The position numbers and the translations under genes were made by a program. A stretch of 64,000 nucleotides of DNA from Alphaproteobacteria bacterium. GTDB lineage: Bacteria > Pseudomonadota > Alphaproteobacteria > MPNO01. The stretch covers positions 1,728,001-1,792,000 of the forward strand of contig CBDFLJ010000001.1 of NCBI GenBank assembly GCA_965248835.1, read 5' to 3'. Position 1 is the first letter of the stretch. Each line of letters begins with the position of its first letter. Shown piece after piece: positions 1-9,916 of the stretch. The notes below the pieces were generated by a model. It saw nothing but the letters and a program-made list of their open reading frames with translations, did no database searches and was not told where the DNA came from.

Positions 1-240
1 CTGGTGCAGATCATCGACCGGCTCGAGACCCGAGACCTGGTCCGCCGCGAGCCGTCCGCCCAGGACCGCCGCAGCCACGCGCTGGTCTTGACCGAGACCG
101 GGGCTGCGCTGCTGGCCGAACTCAAGGCGCTGTCCGACGAGCACGAAGCCGCCGTCGCCCAGCCGCTCAGCGATGCCGAACGCACCACCCTGATGACCCT
201 GCTCGACCGGCTGCACACCCCGGGCCCGGGGCGCGGATAG
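1..240 (+). CDS. MarR family transcriptional regulator (5' end outside window)
   Basis: IDRLETRDLVRREPSAQDRRSHALVLTETG = MarR winged-helix signature (D.R...v.LT..G). Confidence 0.85.
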   Translation: MVQIIDRLETRDLVRREPSAQDRRSHALVLTETGAALLAELKALSDEHEAAVAQPLSDAERTTLMTLLDRLHTPGPGRG

Positions 241-243
241 GGC

Positions 244-1887
244 CTAAAGGCCGGGCAGCGGATCGCGCGAGAAGTCGTAGCCCTGCTTGGTGATGACCTC
301 GACCAGGAAAGGGGCGCCGCCGCGCGTGGTCTCGATGGCCTCGTGCAGGGCGGGGACGATGGCATCGGGTGTCTCGACCCGGCGTGCGGCAACGCCGAGC
401 CCTTCGGCGACCTTGGTGTAGTTGCCGCCGACGGTGAGCGCGCCGTACTTGGCTGTCGAGGTCACCAGCACGTCGCGCTCGGCGGCCATCACGCCGTTGT
501 TGAAGACGATTGTCAGGATCGCGATCCCGTTGCGGGCAGCGGTCTCGATGTCCATGCCGGTCATGCCGATGGCCGCATCGCCCATGATGTTGATGCACAG
601 CTTGTCGGGTGCCGCCAGCTTCGCGCCCATGTTGAGGCCGAGCCCGTAGCCGAGCTGGGTCGATTTGCCCCAGCCGAGATAGGAGCCCGGCGCGGTCGCC
701 TCCCAGAACGGCAGGAGCTGCTCGCGCGGGCTGCCCGAGTCGTGGGTGATGATGGTCTGGTCGCGGTCGACGGTGGCCATCAGGTCGCGGATCACCCGGT
801 AAGGGTTGATCGGCACCTCGTCGGAGTCGCGCTCGGGCGCCCAGTCTTCGAGCCAGCCCTTCTTCGAGGCCGCGACGGCGTCCTTCAGGGTCTGCAGCGA
901 CCGGCCGGCGCCGGCCTGGCGGCCGATCTCCGCGATCAGCGCCTCAAGCACCAGCCGGGCATCGCCGATCAGCGCGTGGTCCGCCCGATAGTCCTTGTTG
1001 ATGTCTCCGGCGTCGTTGGTCGAATGGATGACCCGCTTGCCGGGCGGCAGGTTGGGTCCGAACGGGGTGATGGTCAGGCTGGAACCGACGGCGAAGACGA
1101 GATCGGCTCGGGCCATGAACTCGACCAGCATGCGCGGGCGGGAGCGTGTGCTGGCGCCGAGCGCGAGCGGGTGGTTTTCGGGGAAAGCACTCTTGCCCGG
1201 GTTGGTGGTCAGCACCGGCGCCGGCAGCAGCTCCGCCAGCGCGGCGAGCTGGTCGCTCGCCCCGGCATAGAGCACGCCCTGGCCGGCCCACAGGATCGGG
1301 TTTTCGGCCGCGCACAACATGCGCGCGGCCTCGGCGACCGCCGCCGGGTCGGGTGCGGTTCGCAACGGCACCACCGGCTGGTAGTCGATCTCGCCCGTGT
1401 GCTCGGCCTCCCAGACCTCGGCCGGGATCTCCAGCAGCACCGGTCCACCCTTGCCGGTGCGCATCGCGTGGTAGGCGCGCCGCAGCATCTCGGGCAGCGC
1501 GTCGACCGAATGGACCCGCGCGGACCATTTGGTGACCGGCGCGAAGACCTCCGCGGCGCTGAAGACGGGATGGCGGTATTGCCGCGACAGCGGCTGGCCC
1601 GCCGGCAGGATCAGGAGCGGCACGTTCTCGCTGAAGGCCTGGGCCACGCCCGGGAAGGCGTTCTCGATCCCCGGGCCGGCCTGGGCGGCGAAGACGCCGT
1701 TGGAACGGCCGCGGCGCACCCGGCTGAAGCCGTCGGCCATGCCGACGCCGACGCGCTCCTGGCGGCACAGGATCGGCCGGATGTCGAGCGCCGCACAGGC
1801 CTCGATCAGCGGGTTGCGCGGATAGCAGGCGAGGAACTCCGTCCCCTCGCGCTCGAGGATCCGGGCAATGACATCGGCTCCGTTCAT
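244..1887 (-). CDS. Thiamine pyrophosphate-requiring enzyme (acetolactate synthase-like family)
   Basis: RQERVGVGMADG, AQAGPG, TPP motif MGDAAIGM...FNNG; start set at MNGADV (ATG 1887). Confidence 0.85.
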   Translation of the reverse strand: MNGADVIARILEREGTEFLACYPRNPLIEACAALDIRPILCRQERVGVGMADGFSRVRRGRSNGVFAAQAGPGIENAFPGVAQAFSENVPLLILPAGQPLSRQYRHPVFSAAEVFAPVTKWSARVHSVDALPEMLRRAYHAMRTGKGGPVLLEIPAEVWEAEHTGEIDYQPVVPLRTAPDPAAVAEAARMLCAAENPILWAGQGVLYAGASDQLAALAELLPAPVLTTNPGKSAFPENHPLALGASTRSRPRMLVEFMARADLVFAVGSSLTITPFGPNLPPGKRVIHSTNDAGDINKDYRADHALIGDARLVLEALIAEIGRQAGAGRSLQTLKDAVAASKKGWLEDWAPERDSDEVPINPYRVIRDLMATVDRDQTIITHDSGSPREQLLPFWEATAPGSYLGWGKSTQLGYGLGLNMGAKLAAPDKLCINIMGDAAIGMTGMDIETAARNGIAILTIVFNNGVMAAERDVLVTSTAKYGALTVGGNYTKVAEGLGVAARRVETPDAIVPALHEAIETTRGGAPFLVEVITKQGYDFSRDPLPGL

Positions 1888-1983
1888 GGCAGGGCTCCTC
1901 CCGGCATCATGGTGGCCCGGGCCGGGCGGTGGCGCAAGCAACCGCGCCTTGCCCTGCGCCGTCCGAGCATGGCCCGGGCGAGC

Positions 1984-2859
1984 CTAGAGGACGATCCACA
2001 AGACGAAGGGAATGAAGCCGAAGGCGAGCAGCGTCGACATCAGCACCATGCCGGCGACCACCTCGGGCGAGCGGCCGTAGCGTTGGGCAAAGATGTAGTT
2101 GTGGATCGCCACCGGCATCGAGCACTGCAGCACCAGGACGCCGCGGGCGGCCCCGGTCATGCCGAAAAGCTCGGCCAGCGCGAGTCCGACGCACAGCCCG
2201 ATCGCCAGCTCCAGCGCCGACAGCGCCAGCGCGCGGCGGTAGCCGGCCACCCGCAACTTTGAGATCGCAACGCCGAGCGAGATGAGCATCAGCGGGATCG
2301 CCATCCCCGAGACGATCTCGACCGTGTTCGACAACCAGACCGGCGGCTTGGTCCCGGTGGCCATGAACACCACCGAGATCAGAATCACGTAGGCCAGCGG
2401 GTTGCGCAGCAGCGCCTCGGTCGCGGTGGCCCCGGCATAGATCCCGCGGCCCAGCGTGAGGCCGCTGAGCGAGGCGATGACGAAGGCGCAGATGCCGAAG
2501 CTGAGCCCGGCCTCGCCGAAGGCGAACAGGCATATCGGCAGGCCCAGATTGCCGGAATTGCGGAAGGTCAGCACCGGCACGAAGGCCCGCATGTCCAGGC
2601 CGAGAATCCTGGTCAGCCCGATGGCGATCGCGAGGAAGCAGGCAAGCGCGAGCGTGTAGGCGCCGGCCATCTCGACGAAGGCATCGATCGAGACATCGAG
2701 CCGCGTCAGCGTGGAGAAGATCAAGCAGGGCACGCCGAGATGGAGCGCCAGACCGGTCATCATCTCGGCGTCGAACGGCCGGTCCAGCCGCCCCCAGACG
2801 TAGCCGATGCCCGCGCAGACGAACAGCGGCGCAACGACGGAAAGGATCTCGGCAATCAC
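1984..2859 (-). CDS. AEC (auxin efflux carrier) family transporter
   Basis: Multi-TM protein with NSGNLGLPI and SMPVAI motifs. Confidence 0.85.
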   Translation of the reverse strand: MIAEILSVVAPLFVCAGIGYVWGRLDRPFDAEMMTGLALHLGVPCLIFSTLTRLDVSIDAFVEMAGAYTLALACFLAIAIGLTRILGLDMRAFVPVLTFRNSGNLGLPICLFAFGEAGLSFGICAFVIASLSGLTLGRGIYAGATATEALLRNPLAYVILISVVFMATGTKPPVWLSNTVEIVSGMAIPLMLISLGVAISKLRVAGYRRALALSALELAIGLCVGLALAELFGMTGAARGVLVLQCSMPVAIHNYIFAQRYGRSPEVVAGMVLMSTLLAFGFIPFVLWIVL

Positions 2860-2973
2860 GGGGCGATAAACGGCTTCTCGAAAGGGCTATCGCTTCGAGG
2901 CCCAGTCTAACCGGGCGCCGCGGCCAGGGTAAGGCAGGCAGGCGTGCGTCCAAAGGGAGCACCCGCCGCCGCC

Positions 2974-3159
2974 GTCCGGCGAGCCATGCCAGGGCTTCAC
3001 GTCGATGCTGAAGGGCGAGAAGCCGCAGTCGTCGGTCGAGCCCGGCCGCTCCTTCGGGATGTATTTCGACGCCAGCATCAGATCCTCGCAGACCTGCTCC
3101 GCGGTCTCCACGCGGGGGTTCTGCGGGTTGATCACACCGACGAAGAAGACCTGGGGCAC
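2974..3159 (-). pseudogene. Orphan fragment of a cobalamin-independent methionine synthase II family gene
   Basis: 62 codons VPQVFFVGVINPQNPRVETAEQV...YIPKERPGSTDDCGFSPF resemble the MetE-like C-terminal segment (GVI.P...VETpe.V...DCGF); no start or natural end. Confidence 0.65.
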
Positions 3160-3319
3160 GGGTTGCGCGGGTCGTTCGTTTGGCCAAAGGACTCTCGGCC
3201 AACCGGCCGGATTTCCCGGCTGCGTGGGTACCGGCGCCTCGCATCGTCGCGTCAACCGATTTGTCGCCGCCGCCGGCCATCGCTTGAATGGCCGGTGCCG
3301 GTTCTCCATCCTGGTTTGC

Positions 3320-5596
3320 ATGAGGGGGTGGCGCTTCGTGGTTGGGATCGTTTCGGCCCTGGTCGGCGCCGGCATCGCCGGATGTGCCGTGCTGAGCCCG
3401 CTGCCGCACCCGTCCTCGCTCGCCGAGCGCCTGGCCGCCATCCCGCTCGACGGCGCGCCGGTCAAGGGCAGGCTCGCGATCCACTGGAACGACCATGCGG
3501 TGCCGTTCGTCGAGGCCGAGGACGATGTCGACGCCGCTTTCGGGCTCGGGCTGGTGCATGCGCATTTGCGGCTCGGCCAGATGGAGATCTTCAGACGCAT
3601 CAGCCAGGGCCGGATTTCGGAGATGGGCGGCCCGCCGGCGACCGACCTGGACCACGCGCTGCGAATCCTCGATTTCGGCCGCGCGGCCGGCGAGATCGAG
3701 GCCGGTCTGCCCGCAGCCACCCGGGCCTGGCTGGAAGGGTTCGTCGCGGGCATCAACCACTATCAGAGCAAGGTCGCCGACCTGCCGGCGGAGTTCGCGA
3801 TCCTCGCCATGAACCGCGAGCCTTGGACGGTTCGCGACGTGCTGACATTCGGCCGGCTCGGCGGGACCGACGTCAACTGGCTGGTCTGGTTTGGCGCCCT
3901 CAAGCTGCGCGACAGGCCGGATTGGCGCGAGATCTGGGCCCGGCTGCTGGCGACCGGCACCGCCTCGGTGCCGAGCTTCGACAGCGCGAAAGACCTCGCC
4001 GCGCTGGGCGGCCTGCTAGCCGGGCTCGGCAAGTCCGGCAGCAACGCGTTGGCGATCGCGCCGCAACGGTCCACGACCGGGGCGGCGATCATGGCGAGCG
4101 ATCCACATCTGGGCATCTTCGTCCCCAACGTGTGGCTCGCAGCCGGAGTCAAGTCTCCGGGATACAACGCCGTCGGGCTGATGGCGCCGGGCCTGCCGGT
4201 CTTCGCGATCGGGCGCAACCCGTGGATCGCCTGGGCCGGGACCAATTTGCGCGCGGCCTCTTCGGACCTGGTCGATCTTTCCGGCCTGCCGCCCTCGGCG
4301 ATCCGGCAGCGGACCGAGCGCATCGCGGTGCGCTGGTGGTTCGACCAAGACGTCACCGTGCGCGAGTCCGACTGGGGCCCGGTGCTGTCCGATGCCCCGC
4401 AGCTCGATCGGGGCACCGGCGGCGGGTTCGCCTTGCGCTGGACCGGGCACCGGCCGAGCGATGAGATCACCGCGATGATGCGGGTCAGCGCCGCGCGCGA
4501 TTTCGCGGGCTTCAAGGCGGCCTTCGAGACCTTCGCAGTCCCCGGCCAGAACATGCTCTACGCCGACAATGACGGCAATATCGGCCAGGTGACGGCGGTC
4601 TCGCTGCCCAGGCGCGACGGCGCGCCCGCCGATGTCGTCGTCGACCGCGCGACCAGCGATGCCGGTTGGGCCGCCCGCGTCGGCGTCGACGCGCTGCCGA
4701 GCATCGAGAATCCCAAGACCGGCTATCTGGTCTCGGCCAACAACCGGCCGGCCCGCTCCAAGGTGCCGCTGGGCTATTTCTTCTCGCCCGACGACCGGAT
4801 GATCCGGATGACCGAGATCCTGGAGCGCCGCCGCCTCGTGTCGCTCGAAGACGTCAAGGCGCTCCAGCAAGACACCGTGATGCCGTCCTCGGTGACGCTG
4901 CGCGCCCTCTATCTCGACCTGATCGCCGAGTCCGGGCTCGATGTCGCCAAGCCGGGCCGGGCCGAAATCGTCCGGCTGCTGCGCGAATGGGATGGCCGGC
5001 ACGACCCGGATTCGCGGGGTGCGGCCGCCTTCGAGGCGTTTCACAACACCTTCCTGCCGGCGTTCTACGACGCGCTGCTCGGCGGCGGCGAGGCCGCATC
5101 CTCCTATGCCGGGTTCGGCCGGATCCGGTCGCTGATCGTCGACGATGTCGCCCGCGCCGAGCGCGCGAGCCTGCCGCCGGTGCTGGAGACCGCGCTCGAT
5201 GCGGCGGCCGAGGCGGTCGAGAAGTATCCGCGCTGGGGCGACATGCACCGGCTGGTGCTGCGCCACCCGCTGTCGTTCATCCCGCTGATCGGCGGGCGGT
5301 TCGTCTTCGGCGAGTTCGCTGCCGGCGGCGGGGTCCAGACGCTGATGAAGACCGCGCACGACACCACCAGCGGGCGCCATCGGGTCAATTACGGCTCGAA
5401 CGCCCGGTTCGTGTCCGACATGCGGGACCTCGACCGCAACCATTTCGTCCTGCTCGGCGGCCAGGATGGCTGGTTCGCCTCCACCGCCTTTGTCGACCAG
5501 GTCCCGTTGTGGCGGGAAGGGCGCTATCTCGACTTGCCGCTGAGGATCGAGACAGTGCGCGCCGCGTTCACCCACAAGACCCGCTTCGAGCCCTGA
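3320..5596 (+). CDS. Penicillin acylase family Ntn-hydrolase, probable lipoprotein
   Basis: GLVHAHLRLGQME, nucleophile motif GSNALAI, DPHL, QNMLYAD, SANN; N-terminal hydrophobic stretch ending IAGC (lipobox-like). Confidence 0.85.
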   Translation: MRGWRFVVGIVSALVGAGIAGCAVLSPLPHPSSLAERLAAIPLDGAPVKGRLAIHWNDHAVPFVEAEDDVDAAFGLGLVHAHLRLGQMEIFRRISQGRISEMGGPPATDLDHALRILDFGRAAGEIEAGLPAATRAWLEGFVAGINHYQSKVADLPAEFAILAMNREPWTVRDVLTFGRLGGTDVNWLVWFGALKLRDRPDWREIWARLLATGTASVPSFDSAKDLAALGGLLAGLGKSGSNALAIAPQRSTTGAAIMASDPHLGIFVPNVWLAAGVKSPGYNAVGLMAPGLPVFAIGRNPWIAWAGTNLRAASSDLVDLSGLPPSAIRQRTERIAVRWWFDQDVTVRESDWGPVLSDAPQLDRGTGGGFALRWTGHRPSDEITAMMRVSAARDFAGFKAAFETFAVPGQNMLYADNDGNIGQVTAVSLPRRDGAPADVVVDRATSDAGWAARVGVDALPSIENPKTGYLVSANNRPARSKVPLGYFFSPDDRMIRMTEILERRRLVSLEDVKALQQDTVMPSSVTLRALYLDLIAESGLDVAKPGRAEIVRLLREWDGRHDPDSRGAAAFEAFHNTFLPAFYDALLGGGEAASSYAGFGRIRSLIVDDVARAERASLPPVLETALDAAAEAVEKYPRWGDMHRLVLRHPLSFIPLIGGRFVFGEFAAGGGVQTLMKTAHDTTSGRHRVNYGSNARFVSDMRDLDRNHFVLLGGQDGWFASTAFVDQVPLWREGRYLDLPLRIETVRAAFTHKTRFEP

Positions 5597-5625
5597 AGGG
5601 GTCCGGCGCGCGGCAGGGAGCGATG

Positions 5626-6198
5626 ATGGTCAAGCTCGACAGGATCTATACACGCGGCGGCGACGGCGGCCAGACCTCGCTCGCCGACGGGACCCGGGTC
5701 GCCAAGCATTCGCCGCGCATCGCCGCCCAGGGCGACATCGATGAGGCGAACGCCGCGATCGGCGTCGCCCGGCTCCATGGCGCAGCCGGGCCGGCATCGG
5801 ACATGCTGATGCGGGCGCAGAACGATTTGTTCGATCTCGGTGCCGATGTGTCGACGCCCGGAGACGGCAGCGCGGACGGATCGGGCGCGCTGCGCATCCG
5901 CGCCGAACAGGTCGCGCGGCTCGAGGCCGAGATCGATTCGATCACCGCCGGGCTTGCCCCGCTGACCAGCTTCGTGCTGCGCGGCGGCAATCCGGAAGCG
6001 GCCCATTTGCACCATGCCTGCACGGTGGTCCGCCGCGCCGAGCGCGTGCTGGCGGCGCTTGCCGCCGCCGAGCCGGTCAACCCCGCCGCGCTCACCTACC
6101 TGAACCGGTTGTCGGACTTGCTCTTCGTCCTGGCGCGCACGGCCAATGACGGCGGGCGTGCCGACGTGCTGTGGCAGCCCGGCCTGACCCAGGGCTGA
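5626..6198 (+). CDS. Cob(I)alamin adenosyltransferase, PduO type
   Basis: IYTRGGDGGQT, GDIDEAN, QNDLFDLGAD, RRAER, YLNRLSDLLF motifs; AGGGAG RBS upstream. Confidence 0.9.
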   Translation: MVKLDRIYTRGGDGGQTSLADGTRVAKHSPRIAAQGDIDEANAAIGVARLHGAAGPASDMLMRAQNDLFDLGADVSTPGDGSADGSGALRIRAEQVARLEAEIDSITAGLAPLTSFVLRGGNPEAAHLHHACTVVRRAERVLAALAAAEPVNPAALTYLNRLSDLLFVLARTANDGGRADVLWQPGLTQG

Positions 6199-6249
6199 GC
6201 GCTTGCCGCCGCCGGCCGGTTCCCCGCCGCCGGAAAACCGCGCATCTCT

Positions 6250-7044
6250 TCAGATTGCGAGCCAGCCGCCGTCGATCGCGAGCGTGTGTCCGGTGACCAT
6301 CGAGGAGGCCTTGCTCGCCAGGTAGAGGATCCCGCCGGCCAGCTCCTCCGGCTCGCCGAAGCGGCCCATCGGCGTGCGCCCTTCGATCTCGGCGACGATT
6401 TCGGGACGGCGCTGACGCATGTCCGCGCCGAGGTTGGTGTAGAAGAAGGCCGGCGCGATCGCGTTCACCCGGATCCCGCGCGCGGCCCATTCGGCGGCCA
6501 GCGAGCGGGTCATGTTGACGATCGCGCCCTTGGTCGCCTGGTAGGGCAGGTGCGCGAAGAACGGGTTGCCGCGCAGCCCCATGATCGAGGCGATCGAGAT
6601 GATCCGCCCCTCGCCTCGGGGCAGCATGTGCCGGGCGGCCGCGCGCGCGCAGATGAAGGGCGCGGTCATGTTGACCTCCACCACCGCGTCCCAATCCTCG
6701 TCGGCCATCGTCTCGGCCGGGCCGCGCCGGGCGATGCCGGCGTTGTTGATCAGGATTTGCAGCCCGCCGAACTGCTCGGCCGCCTCATCGACTACCGCAT
6801 CGATCCGCTTGCGCTCGGCGACGTCGAGCTGGAAGGACTGGGCGATCCCGCCGGCATCGCGGATCTCGGCCGCCACCCGCTCGGCCGCATCGCCGTCGAT
6901 GTCGGTGACCGCGACGTTGGCGCCCGCACCCGCCAGCGCGATCGCGGACATCCGCCCCAGCCCACTGCCTGCACCGGTGACCAATGCCGTCTCGCCGTCG
7001 ATCCGGAACAGAGTCTCGATCGAGACCTTGTCGAAGCCCGCCAT
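6250..7044 (-). CDS. Short-chain dehydrogenase/reductase (SDR)
   Basis: TGAGSGLG, NNAG, catalytic YQATK. Confidence 0.9.
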   Translation of the reverse strand: MAGFDKVSIETLFRIDGETALVTGAGSGLGRMSAIALAGAGANVAVTDIDGDAAERVAAEIRDAGGIAQSFQLDVAERKRIDAVVDEAAEQFGGLQILINNAGIARRGPAETMADEDWDAVVEVNMTAPFICARAAARHMLPRGEGRIISIASIMGLRGNPFFAHLPYQATKGAIVNMTRSLAAEWAARGIRVNAIAPAFFYTNLGADMRQRRPEIVAEIEGRTPMGRFGEPEELAGGILYLASKASSMVTGHTLAIDGGWLAI

Positions 7045-7083
7045 AATCCCCCTCCGTCGCGCTGGTCCAGCCTGTCCCGAACA

Positions 7084-9819
7084 TTAGCGCAGGAGGAAAG
7101 CGCGTGTCTCGGCGACCGCCTCGGCGAGACCGAGGCGCGCGACCGGGACTTCGGGCGGGAAGGCGCCGAGCAGGCGGGAGGGCATCATCGGGTCGAGCAG
7201 GACGAACACGCCGTGGTCGTCGGCGCGGCGGACCAGGCGGCCGAAGGCCTGCTTGAGCCGCAGCCGGGCCAGCATGTCGTCGTAGCGCGACTCGCTGAAG
7301 GCCGCGCGGCGGGCGCGGTGGATGATGGTCGGGCGGGCCCACGGCACGCGGTCGAAGACGATCAGGCGCAGCGACCGGCCCGGCACGTCGACCCCGTCGC
7401 GCACGGCATCGGTGCCGAGCAGGCAGAAATCCTCCTCCGCGCGGAAGATGTCGACCAGACTGCCGGTATCGAGGTTGTCGACATGCTGGGCGAGAAGGGT
7501 CAGCCCGTCGGCCTCGAGCGGTCCGGCGATGCGCTCATGCACTCGGCGCAGCCTGGAGATCGCGGTGAACAGGCCGAGCGCACCGCCGCCCGCGGCCTGC
7601 ATCAGCGCGCGGTAGGCGCCGGCGACCTGGCCGAGATCGTCCTTGCGCACGTCATTGACGATGAACACGCGGGCAAGGCGGGCGTAGTCGAACGGCGAGG
7701 GCGCCTCGACCCGCGTGGCCGGCGCGGCCAGATGAGCGGTGCCGGTGCGCGCCTCCGCCGCCCGCCAGTCGTGTTCGACGTCGCCGGTGCCGTCGCGCAG
7801 GGTCGCCGAGGTGACCACCAGCCCGTGGGTCGAGGAAGCGACCAGCCTGGCGAACGGCAGGGACGGATCGATCCAGTGCCGGTGCATGCCGATATCGACG
7901 TCGCGCCCGTCGACCCGACTGACCGAGAACCAGTCGACGAAGGTCTCCGGCGGGTCGGTGGACAAATCGGCGAGCATCGCCCGCCAGGCCTCGAGCTGGC
8001 CCTCGATGCGCCGGCGCAGGCCCCGGGCGACCGCATCGATGCGGTTGCGGGTGGGCGTGTCGAGCGTCTCGGCGCGCTCCTCCAGCAGGCTCGCCAGCCG
8101 CGCCGTCAGCGCGCGGCCGGGCGCGATCAGCGCGTCCAGGGCTTCTCCCAGCCCGGCCGCCGCCTCGATAAGCCCGGCAACCGGCGGGCGCGCGTCGGCC
8201 TCCAGGTCATAGGGCGTGCGGGCGTCGCCCGCCCGAGCGTAGACCTGCTGGCGGACCGCGGCGAGGAAGGTCTCTGCCGCCCCGCGCGGCGTGCCGGCGG
8301 CCAGCCGCTGGTGCCATCCGGCGCCCGGCAGGAAGCGCGCGGCGGCCAAGGTCATCGCCATGCGTTCGCCGGTGGCATCGTCGATCGCGGCGATATCCTC
8401 GATCCGCCGGGCGAGACCGCGGGCGCGCCGGCCGCGCGTGTCCTCCGGCCCGAGCAGCCAGATCCGGACATCGGCGGCCTCCTGGCCGGACAGCCGGGCG
8501 GAGAACGCGCCGTCGGCTGCATCGAAGACGTGATGGCCCTCGTCGAACACCACGCGGCTCGGCACGAACCCGTCATCGAGCCCGCCGAGTGCGGCCTGGG
8601 TCATGACCAGGGCATGGTTGGCGACTACGATATCGGCACGCCGGGCGCGGCGCACCGTGCGCTCGATGAAGCATTTCTGGTAGTGCGCGCACGCCGAGTA
8701 GAGGCATTCGCCGCGCCGGTCCGCGAGGCCCAGGGTGTTGCGCGGACCCAGGAGGTCGGCGAGCCAGGCCGGGAAGTCGCCGCCCTGAAGGTCGCCGTCG
8801 CGGGTCCGCGCGGCCCAGCGGGCGACCAGCCCCAGCGCCGCCGCATCCCCGGCCCTGGTGCCCAGCCGTTCGACCGCGTCCTCCAGATTGAGCAGGCAGA
8901 GATAGTTCTCGCGGCCCTTGCGGACGACCACCTTGCGCCGCTTGAGGACGGGATCGGGATAGAGCCGGTCGAGCTCTGTGTCGATCTGGCGCTGCAGGTT
9001 CCGGGTGTAGGTGCTGATCCACACCGGTCCGCCGTTGCGCTCGGCCCACAGGCTCGCCGGCGCGATGTAGCCCAGCGTCTTTCCGACCCCGGTGCCGGCC
9101 TCGGCGATGACCGCGGCCGGTTCGTCCTCGACATCGCGCGGGACGAAGGCCGCGGTCAGCGCCGAGGCGAAATCGGCTTGCCCCGGCCGATCCTCGGCCT
9201 CCGGCCCGAGCAGATCGGCGAGCCTGCGGCGGGCGGCATCCGCCGCGATCGGCGCGGTGCCGGCCGGCGCTTCCGGAGCGTGGTCCGAGGCCTCGGGCAG
9301 GCGGTGCCAGACCCGGAGCCCGGCGGCCTTGGCGACCGCGTCATCGGCCCCGCCCAGCCGGTCGAGCACCGCGCCGGCCCAGGGCCAGCGCCCGGCCGCC
9401 ATCGCCGCGGCGATCGCCGCCGCATCGGGGTTTTCGTGCGGCCCGGTGTCGGCAAGCTCGGCCAGCAAGGCGTGCGCCGCCCGGGCCAGCGTGGCCGCTT
9501 CCTCGGCCAGCGTCTGGGGCCGCGGCAGGTCGAGCGCATCGGCGATGCCGCCTACGGTCGGCAGGCAGGGTCGGGCCGGGCGGACGAAGGCGAACAGCTC
9601 CAGGATGTCGCGGGCCGGGAACGGCGCCAAGCCGAGCCGGCGCGCGACCGCCTTGGCGTGACAGAGGATCGGCACGAGGCCGCGTTCGATCGCCGCGGCG
9701 GCCTCGCGGTGGGAGACCTCCCGCGCACGAGCGCCGTCATCCAGGATCACGGCCGAGCGGAGCCCCGCGACCAGGACCGCGTGCGGCAGGGCGTCGACGA
9801 AAAGGTCGGTCTCGGCCAT
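7084..9819 (-). CDS. dinG: ATP-dependent DNA helicase DinG family
   Basis: EAGTGVGKT, KGRENYLC, VVANHAL, DEGH, SAT, DGVDVPG, QAFGRLVR motifs. Confidence 0.88.
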   Translation of the reverse strand: MAETDLFVDALPHAVLVAGLRSAVILDDGARAREVSHREAAAAIERGLVPILCHAKAVARRLGLAPFPARDILELFAFVRPARPCLPTVGGIADALDLPRPQTLAEEAATLARAAHALLAELADTGPHENPDAAAIAAAMAAGRWPWAGAVLDRLGGADDAVAKAAGLRVWHRLPEASDHAPEAPAGTAPIAADAARRRLADLLGPEAEDRPGQADFASALTAAFVPRDVEDEPAAVIAEAGTGVGKTLGYIAPASLWAERNGGPVWISTYTRNLQRQIDTELDRLYPDPVLKRRKVVVRKGRENYLCLLNLEDAVERLGTRAGDAAALGLVARWAARTRDGDLQGGDFPAWLADLLGPRNTLGLADRRGECLYSACAHYQKCFIERTVRRARRADIVVANHALVMTQAALGGLDDGFVPSRVVFDEGHHVFDAADGAFSARLSGQEAADVRIWLLGPEDTRGRRARGLARRIEDIAAIDDATGERMAMTLAAARFLPGAGWHQRLAAGTPRGAAETFLAAVRQQVYARAGDARTPYDLEADARPPVAGLIEAAAGLGEALDALIAPGRALTARLASLLEERAETLDTPTRNRIDAVARGLRRRIEGQLEAWRAMLADLSTDPPETFVDWFSVSRVDGRDVDIGMHRHWIDPSLPFARLVASSTHGLVVTSATLRDGTGDVEHDWRAAEARTGTAHLAAPATRVEAPSPFDYARLARVFIVNDVRKDDLGQVAGAYRALMQAAGGGALGLFTAISRLRRVHERIAGPLEADGLTLLAQHVDNLDTGSLVDIFRAEEDFCLLGTDAVRDGVDVPGRSLRLIVFDRVPWARPTIIHRARRAAFSESRYDDMLARLRLKQAFGRLVRRADDHGVFVLLDPMMPSRLLGAFPPEVPVARLGLAEAVAETRAFLLR

Positions 9820-9916
9820 GGCCGATCATAATACAGCCGCGGCGTGCGCGCCGATTCCCCTTCGGCCGCCGATGCGCTAGGGTCCGCGCCGTCCCACGGG
9901 AGCACGAAAGCAGGCG

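Noticed and set aside
5626-6198. PduO adenosyltransferase as part of the RdhA-like system
   Set aside because: It is 37 kb away in a housekeeping context, and RdhA enzymes do not use adenosylcobalamin.
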